From Acidimicrobiia bacterium (lineage in GTDB: Bacteria > Actinomycetota > Acidimicrobiia > Spongiisociales > JAHEDJ01): 64,000 nt of DNA. Positions 59,228 to 64,000 of the stretch are shown one piece after another. The stretch's first letter is position 1. Each line of letters begins with the position of its first letter. The stretch is from assembly GCA_029210695.1 (NCBI GenBank), contig JARGFH010000008.1:1-64000 (forward strand), written 5' to 3'. Position numbers and translations under genes: made by a program. The notes under the pieces are model-generated. The model saw nothing but the letters and a program-made list of their open reading frames with translations. It ran no database searches and was not told the DNA's origin.

Positions 59228-59968
59228 CTACCGAACGAACCCGACTTCCCGGTCAGGTATTGGAACTGCAAAGACGACGACGTTGCTGTCGTAGCTACCC
59301 GCCGATTCACTGAACCCTCCACCACAGGTGATCAGCGTCAGGACCGGTGAACCCTCCCTGGCGAAGATCGTGTCGAGTGGCAGTTCGTCCTTTTGGTAGA
59401 TAGTCCTTGCTTCGACCCGAAACCGACGTACCGAACCGTCGCTGAACCCGACGGCAACGATGTCACCCGGATCGACGTCTCGTAGACGAAAGAACACACC
59501 GGGTCCTTGATTCGCCAGATCGACGTGGGCGGCAAGCACCGCGGAGCCACTCTCGGCAGGGCGAGGTCCAAACTCGTACCAGGCGACCTCGGTGACGTTG
59601 CGGGGTACTGCCATCTGGCCCGTGCGGGCATCTACGCCCGTTGGGATGATCGGAGCCTCGACATCGATCGAGCCGACGGTCAGCACCACGGGGAGGATGG
59701 CTTCCTCGACTTGTGTGTCAGAGAGCCTGCCCGGCCAGATGGGTACGGTGGAAGAAGGTCGAACTGCATCGGATGGGGGAGGGAGGCCGGCGGTCGTGCT
59801 GGTAGCGGTGGAGGGGGTGGTGCTCGCCACCGGATGACCAAGAGACGCCTCAACTGCAGCGACATCACCGGCTTCACCGGATCGGCCGGTGCCGACAAAC
59901 ATGGCGGCCACGGCCATCAAGGTGATGAGGCTGATCGTGAACGCGTACGTGAGGGTGCGGCGGGACAT
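59228..59968 (-). CDS. Class F sortase
   Basis: WY..GPRP..GSAVLAAHVD and LITCGG motifs; YDSN with Asn replacing the sortase Arg. Confidence 0.92.
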   Translation of the reverse strand: MSRRTLTYAFTISLITLMAVAAMFVGTGRSGEAGDVAAVEASLGHPVASTTPSTATSTTAGLPPPSDAVRPSSTVPIWPGRLSDTQVEEAILPVVLTVGSIDVEAPIIPTGVDARTGQMAVPRNVTEVAWYEFGPRPAESGSAVLAAHVDLANQGPGVFFRLRDVDPGDIVAVGFSDGSVRRFRVEARTIYQKDELPLDTIFAREGSPVLTLITCGGGFSESAGSYDSNVVVFAVPIPDREVGFVR

Positions 59969-59981
59969 GAAAGAAGTGTAG

Positions 59982-60019
59982 AAAACCCCGGGGGGGCCGC
60001 TGGGGCCTCCCCGGGGTTT
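59982..60019 (-). terminator. Intrinsic terminator between the DUF4397 gene and the sortase gene
   Basis: Minus strand AAACCCCGGGGAGGCC-CCAGC-GGCCCCCCCGGGGTTTT. Confidence 0.7.
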
Positions 60020-60033
60020 GCCCGGTATGTTCG

Positions 60034-60861
60034 CTACTTGCCGGAACGGCGGGTGAGAGCAACCCCGGAGCCGGCCAGGCCGATCAGCGCCATGCCGCCA
60101 GCGAGCGCCAGGGCGAGCGGGAAGCCGTCTGAAGCCAGTCCAGCGTCGCCGGTGGGAACACCGGTGGGAGCAGCTCCAAGACCCGAGATGGTCTGAACCG
60201 CCACCGTGAAGCTTCCGCCTTCGAGCGAGCCGATGGCGTAGACGATGGTTGAGGTTCCCTCAGCCAAGTCGAGGTCTGCCTCGAATACGACCGGATCGGT
60301 TGCGCCGGTGGGTACGACCTTGGCGTTGTACGTTGCGGCAGGAACGTCGCCGGCAGCTTCGTTCGGATTGCTCAAGCCGGCGAAGAGGACGCCGTCATTG
60401 GCGAGCACGTCGACGGTCGGGGCGGCTGCAGTGTGACGCACCGTCAGGCGGGTATCGCCGGCGGCGATTTCTGAGATGTCATTGACGAACACGGAGGCGG
60501 TGGCGGCACCGGCCTCGTCGAGGTGGGCCTCGATAGTGGCGTTCGCTCCGGCCGGGAGGGTCACGACCAATGGTCCGAGCGCCGGGTCGGTGCTCGCAGG
60601 GTCGGCTCCGGCGCCGTAGATCTCAATCGAATAGTCGGCAGCCGGCAGGGTGACAGGCCCGGCGAAGTTGCCGAAGGTCAAACCCGGGATGAATGGGGCG
60701 CTGTAGTCGCCGTTGACGTAGATGTCGACCGGGAATCCACCGTCGCCGGGGATTCCGTGTAGGACGGAAACGGTACCGTCGGTGGTCTGGGCGAGGGCCG
60801 CACCGGCCGGCAGGGCCAGCAGCAACACTGCCACTATGAATATGCGTCCGAGATTGCGCAT
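60034..60861 (-). CDS. DUF4397-domain secreted protein with sortase sorting signal
   Basis: Signal peptide; VLHGIP..VDIYVNG and VRHTAAAPTVDV repeats; C-terminal VPTG, TM segment and RRSGK. Confidence 0.88.
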   Translation of the reverse strand: MRNLGRIFIVAVLLLALPAGAALAQTTDGTVSVLHGIPGDGGFPVDIYVNGDYSAPFIPGLTFGNFAGPVTLPAADYSIEIYGAGADPASTDPALGPLVVTLPAGANATIEAHLDEAGAATASVFVNDISEIAAGDTRLTVRHTAAAPTVDVLANDGVLFAGLSNPNEAAGDVPAATYNAKVVPTGATDPVVFEADLDLAEGTSTIVYAIGSLEGGSFTVAVQTISGLGAAPTGVPTGDAGLASDGFPLALALAGGMALIGLAGSGVALTRRSGK

Positions 60862-60911
60862 GGCTTCTCCTTGTAGTTGGCGCCCGTATTTCGGGCTTCA
60901 TACAGGTGATC

Positions 60912-60938
60912 TACGGAGGCGCCGGTGGACATGGATGA
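60912..60938 (-). promoter_or_regulatory. SigK-like ECF promoter (TCATCC-N16-CCGTA) upstream of DUF4397-sortase
   Basis: Resembles the mycobacterial SigK consensus (CCATCC...CCGAA); divergent from the SigK-like gene. Confidence 0.6.
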
Positions 60939-60995
60939 CACTTAGTGATAGAAACACGGGGCGGCCGAGGGTTTTCTTCGGAAGGGGCCGCTGCA

Positions 60996-61571
60996 ATGCG
61001 TCCAACAGAACTGTCAGCGCTCGCCGACGCTCCCTTGGTCACGGCTATCGGCCGCTTCTCCCAGGAGGCGCTCGGCGAGGCATACCGTCGGCACTCCGGA
61101 GCCGTTCACGGCCTGGCGCGTCGCCTCCTGCGGGATGACACCCTGGCGGAGGAGATCACACAAGAGGTCTTCCTGCGCCTCTGGAATGATCCCGAGAAAT
61201 TCGATGCCGGTCGCGGATCGTTGCGTTCGTTTCTCCTCGCCCATACTCACGGGCGCAGCATCGATCTCATCCGCTCAGAGTCGGCGCGCCGTACAAGGGA
61301 GGACAAAGACGCCCGGCTGGATCCCGGTTTGGGCCAGGACGTTGAGGAAGAAGTTTGGGATATGGCCCTTGCCGAAAGCATTCAAGGGGCCCTTTCCACC
61401 CTGGGAGAAGGCGAGCGTCGACCGATCGAACTTGCCTACTTCGGCGGACACTCCTATCGGGAGGTCGCCGAGATCCTCGGCGAGCCCGAAGGAACGGTGA
61501 AGAGCCGGATCAGGTCCGGATTGAAACGGCTTCGCGTATCGCTCGATGCTGCAGGTGTGAGCAACGCATGA
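60996..61571 (+). CDS. ECF sigma factor, SigK-like
   Basis: AEEITQEVFLRLW..FD..RGS and LAYFGGHSYREVA..GTVKSRIR motifs. Confidence 0.92.
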   Translation: MRPTELSALADAPLVTAIGRFSQEALGEAYRRHSGAVHGLARRLLRDDTLAEEITQEVFLRLWNDPEKFDAGRGSLRSFLLAHTHGRSIDLIRSESARRTREDKDARLDPGLGQDVEEEVWDMALAESIQGALSTLGEGERRPIELAYFGGHSYREVAEILGEPEGTVKSRIRSGLKRLRVSLDAAGVSNA

Positions 61572-62353
61572 CACAACACGACGAGTACACGGATATCGAA
61601 GATCTGCTCGGGGTGTATGCCCTGGACGCCATCGACGCGCCCGAACGTGACCTCGTCGAGCAGCATCTTCAGGTGTGTGAGGTCTGCCGGGCCGAGGTAG
61701 ACGAGCACCACACGGTGCTGGCCACGCTGAGCGCAGACATGGAGCCTGCCCCCGATCGGATCTGGGCTCGGATTGCCGGCACGCTGGACGCCCAACAGCC
61801 CAGGTTCGCCAACGTCATCCCTTTGACAGGCTCGCCTCGCAACACGGGCCAAAAACCCTTCCGCTGGGTGGCCGGGGTGGCCGCGGCCATGGTTGTGCTG
61901 CTGGGCGGCGCAGTGTTCTCTCAAGCGAACCAGATCGACGACCTCAACACCCGGGTGGCGGCTCAGGAGCAAGAGATCACCACGCTGGCCTCGGCACAAG
62001 CCGGTAATCCCCTCGAGCAGGCAGTCACGGTGGCGCTCGACGACCCGGGCGCGCAGGTTGCCACATTGACCGCTGAAGGGACGGCTGGAGCGATGTTGAT
62101 CGTGGTCCTGCCGGATGGAACCGGCTACGTATATCAGAGCACTCTCGAGCAGCTCCCAGATGACCTGACCTACCAGCTCTGGGCCGTGATCGATGACAGA
62201 GTGATCTCGGCAGGTGTTCTCGGGAACCGTCCCACCATCGTTCCGTTCCACATCGATCCAGAAGGCCTCAAGGGATTGGTCATCACTCGAGAAGTGTCCG
62301 GTGGGGTGGCTCAATCTGAGGCGGACCCGGTTGTCTCATGGTTCGGCGCGTAG
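61568..62353 (+). CDS. Anti-sigma factor, RskA-like with ZAS motif
   Basis: YALDA..HLQVCEVC (HxxxCxxC); TM; C-terminal YQLW..SAG..ITRE..GG. Confidence 0.9.
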   Translation: MTQHDEYTDIEDLLGVYALDAIDAPERDLVEQHLQVCEVCRAEVDEHHTVLATLSADMEPAPDRIWARIAGTLDAQQPRFANVIPLTGSPRNTGQKPFRWVAGVAAAMVVLLGGAVFSQANQIDDLNTRVAAQEQEITTLASAQAGNPLEQAVTVALDDPGAQVATLTAEGTAGAMLIVVLPDGTGYVYQSTLEQLPDDLTYQLWAVIDDRVISAGVLGNRPTIVPFHIDPEGLKGLVITREVSGGVAQSEADPVVSWFGA

Positions 62354-62355
62354 CC

Positions 62356-63318
62356 GTGGGCGTCTCCAGCTCCCTCGATTTGGATGATGTGCTCGATCGG
62401 ACGGTGATCGGGAGCTTCACCAATATCGGTTTTGCCCTTCGGAGCCGCAGGTGGCCTCGTGAGCTTCCCACGCTCGAAGGGAAAACGATTGTCGTCACCG
62501 GTTCGACGTCAGGGCTGGGCCGGGCGGCGGCGGAACGACTGGCCGGTCTCGGCGCTCGCCTATGTCTGGTCGGGCGTTCCGAGGCAAAGCTCGAGACGGC
62601 CCGCCGGGAGATCCGCGCGGCCACCGCTAACGACGACCTGGCGGTGTACGTTGCCGATCATTCCGATGTCGGATCGGTGCGCGAACTCGCCGATGCTCTC
62701 CTGGCAGGTGAACCCAGGATCGATGTGTTGATCAACAACGCCGGCGCCCTGTTCACCAAGCGATCCGAGACCGCAGCCGGTATCGAACTAACGCTCGCCA
62801 CGAACCTCCTGAGTCACTTCGTGCTCACCAATCTGTTGATTCCCCGTCTCGAAACCTCCGCACCCTCCGGCATCATCAATGTGTCATCGGGTGGCATGTA
62901 CACGCAGCGGATCAGAGTGCGCGATCTTCAGTCCAGGCGCGGTGAGTACAAGGGTTCGATCGCGTATGCCCGGGCGAAACGTGGTCAGGTGATTCTCACC
63001 GAGCTGTGGGCTGAGCAACTGGCGGATCGTGGTGTCGTGGTCCACGCGATGCACCCCGGCTGGGCCGACACTCCGGGGGTTGAGGATTCGCTTCCGACCT
63101 TCCGCCGGGTCACCAAGCCGTTTCTGCGGACTTCCGAACAGGGAGCAGACACCATCGTCTGGTTGGCCGCCTCGGATGAAGCTTCCCGATCCACCGGCTT
63201 GTTCTGGCTCGACCGCCGTCCCAGGCCAACGCACCGGTTGAAGAGCACCGTCGAGGCGCCTGCCGATCGACACGGGTTACGAGTGGCCCTCAACGCACTG
63301 GCCGGTACCGCCTTCTGA
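62356..63318 (+). CDS. Short-chain dehydrogenase/reductase (DHRS12-like)
   Basis: TGSTSGLG, NNAG, SSGGMY, YARAK and MHPGWADTPG motifs. Confidence 0.9.
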   Translation: MGVSSSLDLDDVLDRTVIGSFTNIGFALRSRRWPRELPTLEGKTIVVTGSTSGLGRAAAERLAGLGARLCLVGRSEAKLETARREIRAATANDDLAVYVADHSDVGSVRELADALLAGEPRIDVLINNAGALFTKRSETAAGIELTLATNLLSHFVLTNLLIPRLETSAPSGIINVSSGGMYTQRIRVRDLQSRRGEYKGSIAYARAKRGQVILTELWAEQLADRGVVVHAMHPGWADTPGVEDSLPTFRRVTKPFLRTSEQGADTIVWLAASDEASRSTGLFWLDRRPRPTHRLKSTVEAPADRHGLRVALNALAGTAF

Positions 63319-63441
63319 CGTCGAGGTGCGCCCGGCTCCGAACCGCCCGGCGGGCTGCCCTGTCAACGTCCTAACCATCCTGGCACCGCCAACCCGCCTT
63401 GCGGCTTCTAGGCTTCAGTGGCTTTCGGAGACAGGAGAACG

Positions 63442-64000
63442 ATGCATCTCGGCGTAGCGATATTCCCAACGGACACGACGCTGCAGCCTGTCGATCTGGC
63501 CCGGGCAGTTGAAGAGCGGGGGTTCGAATCGTTGTGGTTCCCGGAACACAGTCATATCCCGGTCAGCAGGCGAACCCCCAGGGGTGGCGTGGCCGGGGCC
63601 GCCCCCCTCCCCGACTACTACTGGAGAACCCACGACCAGTTCGTGGCACTGGCCGCGGCAGCCGCGGTCACTTCGACTCTCAAGTTGGCCACCGGAATCA
63701 CACTCGTAGCTCAGCGAGACCCACTCTGGCTGGCCAAGGAGGTCGCCTCCCTCGATCTGATCTCCGGCGGACGTGTGTTGTTCGGCATCGGCTATGGGTG
63801 GAACAAGGAGGAGATGGCCGATCACGACCTCCAGTACACCGAGCGGCGTGCGGTGCTCCGCGAGAACATCCTGGCCATGCAGGAGTTGTGGACCAAGGAC
63901 GAGGCGGAGTTTCATGGCGACCACGTCGATTTCGAGCCGAGTTGGTCGTGGCCAAAACCCGTCCAGAAGCCGCATCCTCCGGTCATCCTCGGTGGGGCGG
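63442..64000 (+). CDS. LLM-class F420-dependent oxidoreductase (Rv2161c-like), 3'-partial; not in the ORF track
   Basis: AGGAG RBS; reads MHLGVAIFPTD..ARAVEERGFESLWFPEHSHIP..LAKEVASLDLISGGR..GIGYGWN..WPKPVQ and runs off the window end. Confidence 0.92.
   Translation, partial: MHLGVAIFPTDTTLQPVDLARAVEERGFESLWFPEHSHIPVSRRTPRGGVAGAAPLPDYYWRTHDQFVALAAAAAVTSTLKLATGITLVAQRDPLWLAKEVASLDLISGGRVLFGIGYGWNKEEMADHDLQYTERRAVLRENILAMQELWTKDEAEFHGDHVDFEPSWSWPKPVQKPHPPVILGGA

Noticed and set aside
63415..63975. Minus-strand 186-aa ORF at the window end
   Set aside because: Antisense shadow of the plus-strand LLM oxidoreductase, which lacks a stop codon inside the window.

Overview
A high-GC (~65% by eye) chromosomal segment, probably from an Acidimicrobiia-like actinobacterium. 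That assignment is an inference from the F420-dependent LLM oxidoreductase, the Rv2466c-like DsbA, class F sortase and SigK/RskA pair. One 97-N scaffold gap is present. Most of the window is housekeeping and metabolic genes: a SAM-I riboswitch-metY-metX unit, an acyl-CoA/ketone-body cluster, a biotin-dependent carboxylase, feoB/feoA, proC/proline dehydrogenase, PspA, a FadF-like Fe-S oxidoreductase, two MacB/FtsX-type ABC systems, a GH13 enzyme, and a photolyase-sortase F-SigK/RskA module. The most notable features are not shown, or are shown incorrectly, by the ORF track. (1) A secreted S8 protease with no recognisable propeptide ends in at least 33 tandem W-[SD]-x-x-x pentapeptides (mostly WSGNT) and lies directly upstream of an orphan multi-TM/GAF histidine kinase; this is a candidate protease-peptide-receptor signalling module. 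(2) An unannotated 74-aa SelW/Rdx-family selenoprotein gene has a CxxU motif with in-frame TGA and a SECIS-like hairpin. (3) The right end of an ISL3-family element at bases 1-72 truncates a secreted two-repeat protein. (4) A thiolase-fold protein lacking the nucleophilic Cys is coupled to a DUF35 partner lacking its Zn-ribbon Cys residues. (5) Several families of intergenic palindromic and tandem repeats occur. No rRNA, tRNA or CRISPR array was seen.
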